From NCBI GenBank assembly GCA_946965045.2, contig OX337228.1, positions 1,178,001 to 1,242,000 of the forward strand: a stretch of 64,000 bases of DNA, given 5' to 3'. The stretch's first letter is position 1. Every line of letters begins with the position of its first letter. The stretch comes from Epithemia pelagica. Its lineage: Eukaryota; Protista; Bacillariophyta. Positions 45,330 through 56,163 of the stretch are shown one piece after another. A program made the position numbers and the translations under genes. The notes below the pieces were generated by a model. It ran no database searches, had not been told where the DNA came from, and worked only from the letters and a program-made list of their open reading frames with translations.

Positions 45330-47304
45330 ATATGGACACCAAAGTGCTTGTTCCAACATACGATGCCGTGGCAGCTGAAATAGACTATCCCTTTTTTGCA
45401 TCGGATTTGGCATACAAGAGTGCTTTGTGTTTGTGAACTGCCACCACATTGCACGCACAATCAGTGGTATCATCTACGGATAGGGGGAGCGATGATAATG
45501 GCTAATGTGGTGGGGCTTCTGCTGTAGGTATGTCTGTTTCCCATATTTCTGTTCAGTTCCTCCGGTCTTCTAAGCTCAACACCTTGGTAGTACTCTGCCA
45601 CAAGCTAGAAACCTACTGAGGGTGTTGAAACACTTCGAACCATAAACATAGTTCTTGAATGCACTCGTCGGTCGAAGGCGCATTGGACAACTGGAAGGTG
45701 CTCGGGGAAGAAGATTGAATAGGAAACTTGACATGAATCCCATACTGTTATTTTTCTTTCAAGGATTCAATAATTTTGTCATACTGTTGCACACGAAATC
45801 TTTGTTTTTATGTCCCCGTGCGCGCCCTTGACACTTAAAAGAAGGTACATGGAGAGAATGGGACATCGAATGCCACGCGTCCAACCATTTCTTGGAGTAC
45901 ATATGAGGAAGAGATTTTCCATGAAAGAAAAGGACAATGGCACTTCCTTCCTTTACGAACCAGACATCTTCCACCAACAGTGTTTGTAATCATGCAAACG
46001 AAGTAACCATTTGCACCGAGAAAGAAGGAGTTGTGTTTGCTGTACTCATTTCTGACACTGCCGAGGTGGTTTTGGCATGTTTGCTGTTGTTATCGACATT
46101 CAAGTGCTGTTGTTTTGAAGTGCCGGTGGGAGAACGCACTATACCAGAGGGATAGTTCTTGGCATGCAGCATGAGCTGCACGCCATGTTTGACAGAAGGG
46201 GGAGGGAGGACTTGGTTTGATTACCATGGTATGCTGTGAGATAGGAGCCTTCATTTATTTTTCACAAATGGATCCTCAACACGGGAGGAGGAGCATTGAC
46301 AGGGGTTGGATGAGAGGCTGCTGTGGGGAAGACCAAAGGAGCTTCTGAGGTGGACGTAGTTGACAGTGAATTGTTATTGGCATCATTGTTGGCAGCTTGC
46401 ATGGCAGCTTGCACGGCAGCTGGGACCACGTGTCTGGAATTTGCTTGTTGCTCTATGGCAGGTAGAAGATTCAAGGACTTCCGTGATGATGATTGAGTAC
46501 CGTACGAAGATTCACGATGCCAAAGATTGAATCGAAGTCGATGAAACGCTTGTATGGATGGAAGAATTTGTAACAGGTTGAGTTCTAGCAGTGGGAGCAG
46601 CAGAAGGAGACGGGGCATCGGATAGAGGAAAGCTGCAGAAAAGGTAGAAGGTGGTGGTGGCATAGGAGGGTCACCTTCGTTTGTTGCCCTTGATGGTATG
46701 GTCGACAGATTGCTCGCAGCTCCACTAGCAAGAAAGGTTGATGGTTCCGAGTTATTGTTGCCTTCTTGTGGGTGAGGTACAGTTGGGAAGGAAGGTTTGC
46801 CGCCAGTAGTATTGAAGTCATCATTGTCAATATTGAAGTCATCATTGTCATCCTTGTCACCCTCGTCACTGGATGCCATGTCAGGGATTGAAGGATAGGC
46901 ATCACCACTGTGTAACTAGTGGCATAAGGAACAAGGGCTTCATTCTTTTCATTGGACGCCGCTAAACTTGGTGGGTTTCGTGCTGAGCCATCATGAGTTT
47001 TCAATGCATCTTCATCTGTGACATGGGAGGAAGTGTCGGGTGTCGGGGACGGGTGGAAGGGCTTCATTGTGTTGAGGTGGTGAAGTTGTTTGGTTTTTGG
47101 TGATGGCTTTGATGGTGTAGCTGGTGACTTCAATACTGTCGGGTATGGATCGATTGGCTTGGTGTCGGGTTGGCCGTAAAGGTCAAGAACATCCCTTTGA
47201 GAGCAACACTGTCGCTTGTGGGAAGAGGACGACCTTGATGACGACATAGAATGTCCTTGCACCTTCACCCACTGTATTGACTGTGGTGCAGTTGCAAAGG
47301 ACAA
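45330..47304 (-). pseudogene. Frameshifted, stop-riddled relic ORF (P/S/T-rich and acidic N-terminal part, Cys/His cluster at the 3' end); possibly transposon-derived
   Basis: Overlapping ORFs 46585-47304 and 46262-46879 read as one low-complexity protein across frameshifts. Protein-like but stop-interrupted frames continue to ~45330. CpG is sparse by eye (about 3 in 47281-47580). 21-bp tandem duplication at 46811-46850. Confidence 0.45.
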
Positions 47305-48226
47305 AGGGTGTTTGTCTAGACAGGAATGTGGTGAGTGCTAGGTTTTAGTGGCTGTACCAAAGCCTCAGAGAGCAAATAGGACAATCAAGAGTCACCAACT
47401 GCATAGCCAGTTCCCGACGGGACAAGGAAAAGGTCAACAACTACTAGAAGAGTATGGTGGACAGGACACAAAGAGATGTGATGAATAGTGAGCTTACAGG
47501 TTGTGAGCTTTGTTCTAGATTTGTATGTCGTTCCCCATGGCTGTCTTTGCTGCCTCATTAAGTTATTGTCCCTCCACTGATTCCTCTCTCTAATGTACTG
47601 TGGCTATGTATCCTGGACGGATTCCTACATGATGGTGCATTTCCCAATGACCATTGACTCTCAAATGTTTACCAATGTCGGTAATCCCGCCATGGTAAAA
47701 GGCGACTGTATCGCCTTGTATCGAAATTATGATAGGTCGAGTCTTGTGTGTGGTGTGTTAAGTGAATCAACAGGCGTACTCCCTATCGAAACGATTCGAT
47801 CGGACAACTACACCTTGTGCGATGTGGTTTGGAATGTGGCAGTTTCTGTCAAAAAGGAAAGGACGGTGAGCCAAGTCGCGCCTTCGCCTTGGGGGTGAAA
47901 AAGGGAATCTCTCGCTGGGTATTGTCATTAAGGGAACCTCTCGCTGGGGTGTTGTTTCCCGTCTAGCAGTGTCGTTTTAAGTATCTCCTCTAGAGAGTAT
48001 CTTTCTCTCAGACACAAGCAATGGCTAAGAGCAAATCTCATCAGTCTCGGGTTCTGGGTTCATGACAACGAAACGCAATAGACTCTCGGTTCTAGAAAGC
48101 GCTCATCCTTAACATGTTTCACTACCAGTTACCCAGATAACGTGCCGTTTCACGATCCTTCAGATTCAACTTAGGCCAAAGCTCGTGTTCGAACATGCTA
48201 CCTTTGGGAAAACCCAAACACGCAAC

Positions 48227-51200
48227 TCACGAATCCCTTTTCTTATTTTTCTTCCTTCGACTACGATCAGGGCTGCGGCTTCGACTTCTAGGGCTGCGGC
48301 TGCGCTTGCGATCGTACTCAAAGTCTCTCCTTGATTCTCTTCTCCCTCTCGAGTCGTCATTGTCACCCCGACGTCGACTCGGGCTACTACTATGAGGGGA
48401 TCGATCCCTATCTCGTGAGCGATCTCTTTCACGATGACGCTTTCGTTCTCTGTGACGATCCTCGCGATCATAATCCGAATGGTAACTGCGTGATGAACTC
48501 GGTCGATCCCGCCTCCGCTCACGATCATAATCGTAGTCACGATCGCGATCGCCTCGATCGCGATCATAATCACGAGGATGAGAATCATATCCATACCCGC
48601 TTCGCTCGTAGGCTCTTACACGGCCATATCGTTCTTCCATGTATCGTTCATCCCGGTATCTACTGTCCACGCGATGTCTATCAGGACCGAAATCATCGCC
48701 CCGCCAGCCTCCATCAGGCGGAGGAGGGCCACGGCCATTTCCGTTGTGCATTGGATGGGGAGGAGGTCCCGGAGGCAGAGCAGGAACAGAACAGATACAA
48801 TACTTTGGACGATATCCGCAATTTACGCATCTGTCCTTTGAGACGCCAACAGGACCAGGCTGGGCCCTCCCAGTGTCCGTGGTACCAGCTGAGTTACTCC
48901 TTGCAACTTTTAGCAAACGTCCTGCAATCTCATGTTTCTGACCGGTCAGCGCTTTTAGTGCGATAGATTCCGGCATTGTAACAAAACCAAACCCTCTAGA
49001 TCTTCCAGTCTCTCTCTCAACAGGAATGTGACATTCCAATATGTTGTCCTTTCCGTAGACTGACGAGAAAAAATCATAGAGATCTGAAGGGGTTGTCGAA
49101 TAGGCAAGGTTTCCGACATGAAGTTTCAGCGCAGGTGGTTTGTCCGCGGTTGCCCCTGCTGCTGCTCCTGACGCTACCGCCGCCCCAGCAACAGCTGCTC
49201 CTTCTTTCACTTTTTTTCGGTTCCGTCGCCTTCGGCCAGGAGAACTTTTCTTTTCACCCGCTCCACCGGACGTGCTATCATCTTTTGCCCCCGAACTCGA
49301 TGCATGTTTTGAGTCACTGTCTCCCCCAACATCTTCGTCCGCACCTTCGTCATCACTGAGTTGATAACCAAGGCCTTGAATCTGGCCAATCAAATCATTT
49401 CCCTCATTTGACACACAATCGAGTGACGACTGCAATGCTCTCAAGTTTCCATCGTAGAGTGCCAAGGCACAACTTTCCGGAGCCATGGCGTAGTAGTTCT
49501 TTTCCACTTCCATGGTCGCCCGATATGCGTTTTCCTCAAAGAATGTTTGCCACCCCAATACTCGCTTTCTGTCCTTTCCCTCAGTCTCGCTATTAGTTCT
49601 GTACTTAAGACCACCATCAGAGAATTTTGTCCACAGCACCATATTTCCAAAATGAGCCTTTAAGCCGGCATCCAAATTCATCAAAAGTTTCTCAAGTTTT
49701 CTCGAAAAGAAAGAGGAGAGTGCATTACGAAGAGACTTTTGATGTCGTTGATTGAGTACAATTTTATCTTCCGATTTGGAGAGTTCTGATTTTGGAATCG
49801 TCGCCACCACAAAGGCAGTTAAAAGAACAGGATGAATGGCTCCATCGTTGTAGGCGAGTGCGGAGAGTTTTTGGCCCCCTTTCAGTTTGTCCACTAGTTC
49901 CCCCAGAGACGCTTCACGCTCCAGGAGCTTCAGTCGCTCCTCTGTCCACCAACTGTCGACCATTTGCTGGTCACCACACTCATATACTTGATCTCCACCC
50001 TCCTCCAGTGGCTCAAACTCTGGAGGAACTGGTGCACCGCCCACAGATTCTTGCAATCCCCAACCTAAGCGTGTTTCATCTCGAGTGTTGTTGATTTGAG
50101 CCATTCCATACTGAACAATGAGATTGTGGTTGGTCAAGTCACCGTAGGCACAGAACACCTCTGCACCTTTTCGAACCTTCTTTTCTAATATCCCCTGTGG
50201 CGGATGTGGCGGCTCTTCCTCTGTTGCTAGTTCCTCTGTCACTGTAGGCCGCCATCTAACCTGGTGCGCATCAATCTCGTGATTTAGCATATCCAGCAAG
50301 GGCACCATCACACCCAGTTCATCCCAAATATCTGGCGGCGAAAGAAACTCCTTGTCATCATTCGGACTGAAATCTGAAGCTTGTTTGTCGGATTTGTTGT
50401 AGTAAGCCGTTGCGGGTAACATACGAGAGGATACAATAGACGACGCCCAAAGCCATCTATCCCACGTCAAAAGACCTGGAGGAAATGTTTCACGGAACCG
50501 TTCCAAAACCCCTGCTTCCAGGAGCGATATGAATTCGACCGCTAATTGTGTTGTTTGTGCTAAAACATCCTCTAGAATCGCACGTCCTGGTATACAGCCA
50601 CTTAAGAGGGCTAGTTCCTCACGCGTCCAACAAATTGGAATGAGCACGGAGGATGGCAATGTTCTGGCGTAGGGTCCGAAGCTTTGTGGGAAACAAGGGG
50701 GTGGACTCGATATTGTATCTTCGTCCAAGGCATTCAAAGGCGAATTCACCGCCAAGCGAAACTGATCTTTAGTCTTTTTGCCTTTATTTACCACACATGG
50801 ACGATCATCGCTGTGAAACCGTTGGTGAATCAAAAAGGCCAAAAGAGGAGCACGTGTGGATATTGTTTGTGGTTCCGCGAGTTTGAAATTATCATCCAAC
50901 GAAGAAGAAGCTCGTTCCGAATCTGCAAGATGCGTGGCAAAGGATGTTTCGACTCGCTTTCGTTCCTGTAGTATCTTGACCAGCAACTGTGGTCCTGTAT
51001 TTGTTTTGGGTTTAAACTTTGTTTCTCGTTCCCGTGTATTGACAAAGGTATTCCAAAAATTGACAGCCCCCAAACCTTTCTGGATGGTTTGGTCGTCGTT
51101 TCGTTTGCAACAGGCCAAAATGGCTTTTCCAGCGTCACTGCAAGCGACCAAATCGGGGGTCACCATGGATCCACGAGGGAGAGTGATCATGGTATCGCCC

Positions 51201-51541
51201 TTTTTCATTTCGCGCACGGCCCGAACCTGGCAACCCATGGTCAGTGCGTAAAGAGATTCTTCTCCTCGTCCTTCAACACTTCCCACACGTTCTCCCTTTT
51301 CTTCTTTCTCTGTTGCCGATAAAAGGTCGGTGGGTAACCCCAGTGTCAGAACAGGGGCATTTCGAGTGCCATCAGTGGCCTCCGAATTTACAATACAAAT
51401 GGAGGGATGAACCATCGCTTGGGCATCGTCTTTGAGCCAGGATCGAAATTCCACAAGCCGCGACGATAAGGACTCTGCCGCACGAGCACGAAGCTCTTCG
51501 AGACTGGGATCATTATTCGAAGTAGTATTGCTGGATGCCAT
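48227..51541 (-). CDS. SET-domain (Rubisco-LSMT/SETD3/SETD6-like) protein lysine methyltransferase fused to an RRM and an RS/RD-rich tail, 1104 aa
   Basis: One uninterrupted ORF. SET motifs VMVPLLDMLNH and GAEVFCAYGDLTNHNLIVQYG; RRM KLHVGNLAYST...SRGFGFVTM...RLLKVARS; tail RDRSRDRDRS...RSRSPRSRSRSPDRSRR. Confidence 0.9.
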   Translation of the reverse strand: MASSNTTSNNDPSLEELRARAAESLSSRLVEFRSWLKDDAQAMVHPSICIVNSEATDGTRNAPVLTLGLPTDLLSATEKEEKGERVGSVEGRGEESLYALTMGCQVRAVREMKKGDTMITLPRGSMVTPDLVACSDAGKAILACCKRNDDQTIQKGLGAVNFWNTFVNTRERETKFKPKTNTGPQLLVKILQERKRVETSFATHLADSERASSSLDDNFKLAEPQTISTRAPLLAFLIHQRFHSDDRPCVVNKGKKTKDQFRLAVNSPLNALDEDTISSPPPCFPQSFGPYARTLPSSVLIPICWTREELALLSGCIPGRAILEDVLAQTTQLAVEFISLLEAGVLERFRETFPPGLLTWDRWLWASSIVSSRMLPATAYYNKSDKQASDFSPNDDKEFLSPPDIWDELGVMVPLLDMLNHEIDAHQVRWRPTVTEELATEEEPPHPPQGILEKKVRKGAEVFCAYGDLTNHNLIVQYGMAQINNTRDETRLGWGLQESVGGAPVPPEFEPLEEGGDQVYECGDQQMVDSWWTEERLKLLEREASLGELVDKLKGGQKLSALAYNDGAIHPVLLTAFVVATIPKSELSKSEDKIVLNQRHQKSLRNALSSFFSRKLEKLLMNLDAGLKAHFGNMVLWTKFSDGGLKYRTNSETEGKDRKRVLGWQTFFEENAYRATMEVEKNYYAMAPESCALALYDGNLRALQSSLDCVSNEGNDLIGQIQGLGYQLSDDEGADEDVGGDSDSKHASSSGAKDDSTSGGAGEKKSSPGRRRRNRKKVKEGAAVAGAAVASGAAAGATADKPPALKLHVGNLAYSTTPSDLYDFFSSVYGKDNILECHIPVERETGRSRGFGFVTMPESIALKALTGQKHEIAGRLLKVARSNSAGTTDTGRAQPGPVGVSKDRCVNCGYRPKYCICSVPALPPGPPPHPMHNGNGRGPPPPDGGWRGDDFGPDRHRVDSRYRDERYMEERYGRVRAYERSGYGYDSHPRDYDRDRGDRDRDYDYDRERRRDRPSSSRSYHSDYDREDRHRERKRHRERDRSRDRDRSPHSSSPSRRRGDNDDSRGRRESRRDFEYDRKRSRSPRSRSRSPDRSRRKKNKKRDS

Positions 51542-52032
51542 GATCCCAATAGAATCAGAGCCTTTTCTGCCACAAGATTTGCCCCCGTGCTGGCAAAGGT
51601 TTGCCCACTGCCAATGGATCTAGTGTTCTCTTTTTGGTTGACTCCAAAGATCTGACTAGAATCCAAACAAGCAATGGTTGGTCGGGGGATTTCTAATGCA
51701 ACAGTGTCTGGGTGTTGTTATTCACAGACTTGGCGTCGCTCTGTGGACAAAAATCAACCGAGACAACCCAAAACACAGTGATGTACTCATTCCACTGTCG
51801 TGATGGATGGAAAGAGTGGTCGCGATGTCGGTTCTTATCATCCGGCCACAATCGCTCCACATAATTTATGCGACTGATAGTAGCTAGGAGCAGCTAGGGA
51901 GATCGACCATCTTCGACCATCACATAGTCAAATCGACTTTCCGATTCACTAATACTTTCTACCGCTTTACTTGGCTTCATCGACTCATGCCAAGCGGGGA
52001 CTTGGAGGTGTATCGTCAGGAAAAGTATCAAG

Positions 52033-52555
52033 ATGATAACAAGTCTCGCGGAGTTGAGTGATGTTCAAAAGGAAGAAATGGTGGCTTCTCTAGCCATTCT
52101 TCTGGCTGGAATGGGCGAAGACGAGGTGGATGGCGACAAGTTGGTGGCCATTGCCGAGGCTTCGGGCAATAGTCTGTCGAGTGGAATGGCCACATTGTTT
52201 GCCTCGGTTGCGACCAAGGCACCTAAAGGCATTAAGGAATCCTACATGCCATCTCCTGGTGGAGGCGGTGGAGGCGGCGGCGGAGGGTACGTCTTGTTCA
52301 AAGTTATGTTGCGTGTGCGTTTGGGATGGTCTACAACGGCAACTCATTCTGGGAATCAATCTCTTGCATCATCTCGTGTGTTATTATCATCTAATGGACC
52401 TGTATATCAACAGCGGCGGCGGTGGAGGCGGTGGTGGTGCCGCTGCTGCCGAAGAGGAGAAAGAAGAAGAAAAAGAAGAGGAAGAAGAAATGGACTTGGG
52501 CGGTGGAATGGACATGTTTGGAGGAGAAGAAGGTGGTGGTGGTGGCGACTATTAA
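52033..52555 (+). CDS. RPLP1: 60S acidic ribosomal protein P1, 2 exons, 131 aa
   Basis: Exons 52033-52286 and 52414-52555 (gtacgt...caacag). N-domain EMVASLAILL...DKLVAIAEASGN...LFA, Gly/Ala hinge, acidic EEEKEEEKEEEEEMD tail. Confidence 0.85.
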
Positions 52556-53074
52556 TCGTGGCAACCAAAGCATACGAATGTACAATAGACTATCATTACA
52601 TGGAATCTTGTCTTTCTCCCTTTTCATGGACCTGCTGCCGTTGGATCGAACAAAATTTGATTAATCGAAATGGATCGTCCAGCGAGAATCGCTTTTGTGA
52701 CTTGTGACATTGACGAAGAGAAGCGATTGCTATGCGAATGACAGGAATCGCCATTGGAAGCACTTTAAATTTACAGAGATGATGATGGTAGCAGAAAGCT
52801 AGTCTATGGACAAAATTTTATCGTGTTTTCGAACCATCGAGAAATGACGTATGCGAATCGCCTGCAAGTAGGTTTGGAGCCAAGAGCTTCCTGGGTAGAC
52901 ATCGTCGATTCGATGGATAGTAGGGTCTCATACATGGTCTAAGAACCCAGAGTAGCTTCGCATATGGAGAAGCGCGCCGTGAAGAAATTTCAGGTTGGAA
53001 TCGTCTCTCCTCAGGGAGACCGGACGGCTGGCCGTTCGAAAACTGGTACAGTCATGTGTTGGATTACATCCTGG

Positions 53075-55768
53075 TTAACCATCGGCGAAACGAGCAGCTT
53101 GAGCAACTTGGTGGTAAAAGGCTGGTCCATACTCAATCGTGAACGCCGAGCTGGGTTGTTCGTCTTGGCGTTGTTGGTTTTCCTGTCGTCTGGACTGCTG
53201 CGTTGCCCATCCCACATAGCTAGCCGTATAGAGATCCCAGGTTCTTGGAATTAGAGTGGTCGCAAGCGGCTCTAAGGATTGAAAAAACTCGGACTCGATG
53301 TGCCACAATTTTCGGTCCACTCCAGGAACAAAGAGCGGCAAACGCCAAACCAGCGTGACATTGGGATACATTGCCTGAATGTTCTGGATGAGACCCTGAC
53401 ACGCCAGCACATACTCATGATCATCTGGTAACAGTGAGGGAGTTTCGTTCGGTGATGATCCACGTTGATCGGCATGTTCGTTGCCATAATTGTCGTAAAA
53501 CGGGTTGTCATGACCATTCTGATCCTCCAAGGATTGCAACTCTTGTTGGAACTGTTCTTGTTGATGAACCAACTTGCGGTTGGCTTCTTTGCTATTTCTA
53601 TTGGTAGTGCCATGGGCCATGGCATCCCACATGGAAGATCCCACAACCAAAACAATGGATCGATTATTGTGTGCTTGTTCTCCTTGCAGAAGGGTTTTCC
53701 CGTAACGTTCTCTCAGTTGTTGCATCAACACAGGTACATTCTCCACTGTCAACAAGGGTTTCTTGGTATCATCATCGTCGCCGCCATTTGGATCTCCAGC
53801 AGAAAGAGGTAAAATGGATCTCATGAGACTCTTCCAAGCCGCTGGTGAGCGACTAATTTTTGTGCCTTCCAGTCCGCTCTGTTGTTCTGCTGTGTTTGTA
53901 GAACATTTTTCCAGTTCCAGGGATACCGGATCCCACCCAAAAAACAAAACCAAAGGCCTGCCTGTGGTCGTATCTGTGATAGTTACTGGCAAGGGCGACA
54001 TGGAAGGAGATCGTGTCGAGGGAAGCGAGTCCAGGGTTGGACTGTTGTACCAACTGGACGCACCAAACAAAGGAGACTGCAGTCGCCAATCCTTTCTTGT
54101 CCAAATGTCTGCGGTTGTTGTTGTTGTTGTGAGATTGTTTTGTGGCACACAGCGTTCCAAGACTTGTAACGCCATGTAGTACGACTCATGCAATAGACCC
54201 GAGGTTGAAGTTTCCTGCGTCGTGTCACTGGAGGAGTTGCTTGTCGCGGTAGCGCCGCCTGAACGTGTACTATTAGTATCCGATTCCCGGGTGATTGTGT
54301 CTGCTTCCTGAACCTCTACAAAGTCTAAGGGAAGGTAGCGATTGGCACTGGATGTCAACGATCGTCTTTCCGTGTCCATCAATACGGCCACAGCTGTAAC
54401 AGTTTTTGTCACCCTTGTTGTTGAAGTAGTAGGAGGAGCTGTCCCATTTTGCATCATGTGATTTTGGTCGAACGCTGAAATGTTGGAAGAAAATGGCTCC
54501 GAGAATTGACGGACTGCGACAAGCGTTACAATAATAAGGCTATCGTTCAACTCGGACAAGAACCCCTCTTGAAGCTTCCATTGTGGACGCGATTCCATGA
54601 CGACAAATTGATTCGAACTACGTCTCAAAGGATGATGACAGAAAGTAGAAGTAATGTCAGGGACATGACCGCTGTTCTCATAATCTTCGGAATGCGAAAA
54701 GGTCAACGTCCATATTTTGGGCGAAGGAAGGATATTGTAATCGACATGACTAACCGAGACCACCAAGGTCTCTCCGGTTCGGCCAAAACTGTCGGATGCC
54801 GTTGCAGGTGGTGTTTGAGTTCCATTCACCACAAAAGAGGATGTCGTGCGAGAAGCTGAGGATGATGATGATGATTGGGCATGAGAATTGTGTACGATTG
54901 TCGATGCAGGTTTGGTCGTCAGGGGGTCTTGATTGGACGACAAGAGTGGGATGACGGCCAAGAAGAGGACAACGAACAAGCCCATTAATCGTTGATTGAC
55001 CGCTTTTCGGTAGCCTTGTTGGTGGTGTTTCTGACGTTGCTGTTGCAAGAGTTCTCTCTGCACCAAGGTCAATCGCAATTCTTGCTGTTCCACTCGCCAT
55101 TGGGCCAGCTCTTGATGTCGTTCGTTCGAATTTTGAAAGGTGACATGCCGTCGAGACAGGGTGACCGGAGTCTAATTATACCCCCACTTTTAGACCCGGT
55201 CTAAAAGGGTATAATTATTTTAGACAGAGGTCGAGTCTAAAATAAAATTTTTAGACTCTTAACCTTAACCCTTCAGTAGCGCCGCCACCACTGCGTGAGT
55301 AGGAGACCGTTCTGCCTCATTCATCTCAATGCCATCGCAATGAACAAAGTAAGGTCTCAGTTATCCTCTCTCATGCTTAGAGAGTGCAAGAACAATGTTA
55401 TCCATACCATCTAATAGCTTAGATGATGAAGCTATGAGGTCCTCTGGATGTGTTGTCATAGACAATGCTCGCTCCTAGTAGCTGGCTGTCTAGGGTTAGG
55501 GTTATTGCTTCGCCGTACAAAACCACGGAGAGATTTTAGACCCTGTTTTAGACATTTTATACAGTCTAAAAGTACTTTTAGATTTATTTTAGACCCGAAA
55601 TATTTTAGACTGTCTAAACGGTCACCCTGGTCGAGAGGGAGGAGAGGATGAAGAAGAATGACTTTTTCCTGTAGCTTCGACGCGGCGTATGTTCGTGGTG
55701 CTTCTGTCGTTATGACGAATGATGGAATGGACCGAGGAAGTGGTTGGTTGGGAGGAGGATCGATTCAT
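53075..55768 (-). CDS. Type II membrane-anchored protein (possible SGNH/PC-esterase-like fold), interrupted by a MITE; ~737 aa when repaired
   Basis: ORF 53075-55093 lacks an upstream ATG. Deleting 55157-55636 joins it in frame to ATG 55768 (MNRSSSQPTTSS...SSPP/SRRHVTFQN...). Hydrophobic anchor LMGLFVVLFLAVIPLL. C-terminal IVLVVGSSMWD...NVTLVWRLP resembles SGNH-like blocks (inference). Confidence 0.8.
55157..55629. mobile_element. 473-bp non-autonomous DNA transposon (MITE), hAT-like
   Basis: Perfect 11-bp TIRs CAGGGTGACCG (55157-55167) and CGGTCACCCTG (55619-55629). 7-bp TSD GTCGAGA at 55150-55156 and 55630-55636. About 13 subterminal TTTTAGAC/GTCTAAAA-type motifs. No coding capacity. Confidence 0.93.
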
Positions 55769-56163
55769 CCTTCTTCGAGAGAGATCTCACAAAGAAAGAA
55801 AATGGCGATGATTGATGTTGACAAAGAGTCATCGGGACTATTACGACTTCAGCGCAAATCTCCGACTTGTTCTCCATCCGCCGTGCCAAACACTCCTTCA
55901 ATACCGTCGTCCGTTGAGTTCAGCCGTGGATTTGCCCGCGCGGCATGTGAGGGAGCGTGCCCGTCCATTCTGGGATTTGGTCGTATTGGAGTCGCTCTAA
56001 ATGTTTTTAGGTCGAATGATGACGTTTCTGCCCCCTCTTTGTTGTCAAAGACAACGACGAATCTTTGAGTGACACCGTCCAGATTACTCTCTACTACTCC
56101 TAGGTAAATTGATGAAGACCGAAAGAAGAACAGCAGCAAACTAGATCGATTTCTGTAACGACC

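Noticed and set aside
47593-47898. 101-aa plus-strand ORF (MYCGYVSWTDSY...)
   Set aside because: No motif; other frames look equally plausible; no supporting evidence.
47901-47950. Direct repeat aaggga..ctctcgctggg and TTAAGGG as a piggyBac end
   Set aside because: Orientation is TTAA-GGG rather than TTAA-CCC/GGG-TTAA, and no partner end was found.
55157-55629. MITE as an Introner (spliced out, since the insert is 480 bp, a multiple of 3)
   Set aside because: The only donor before the in-frame TGA is CAGG|GT at 55625. None of the nearby acceptors checked (55172, 55187, 55201, 55237, 55256) restores the frame.
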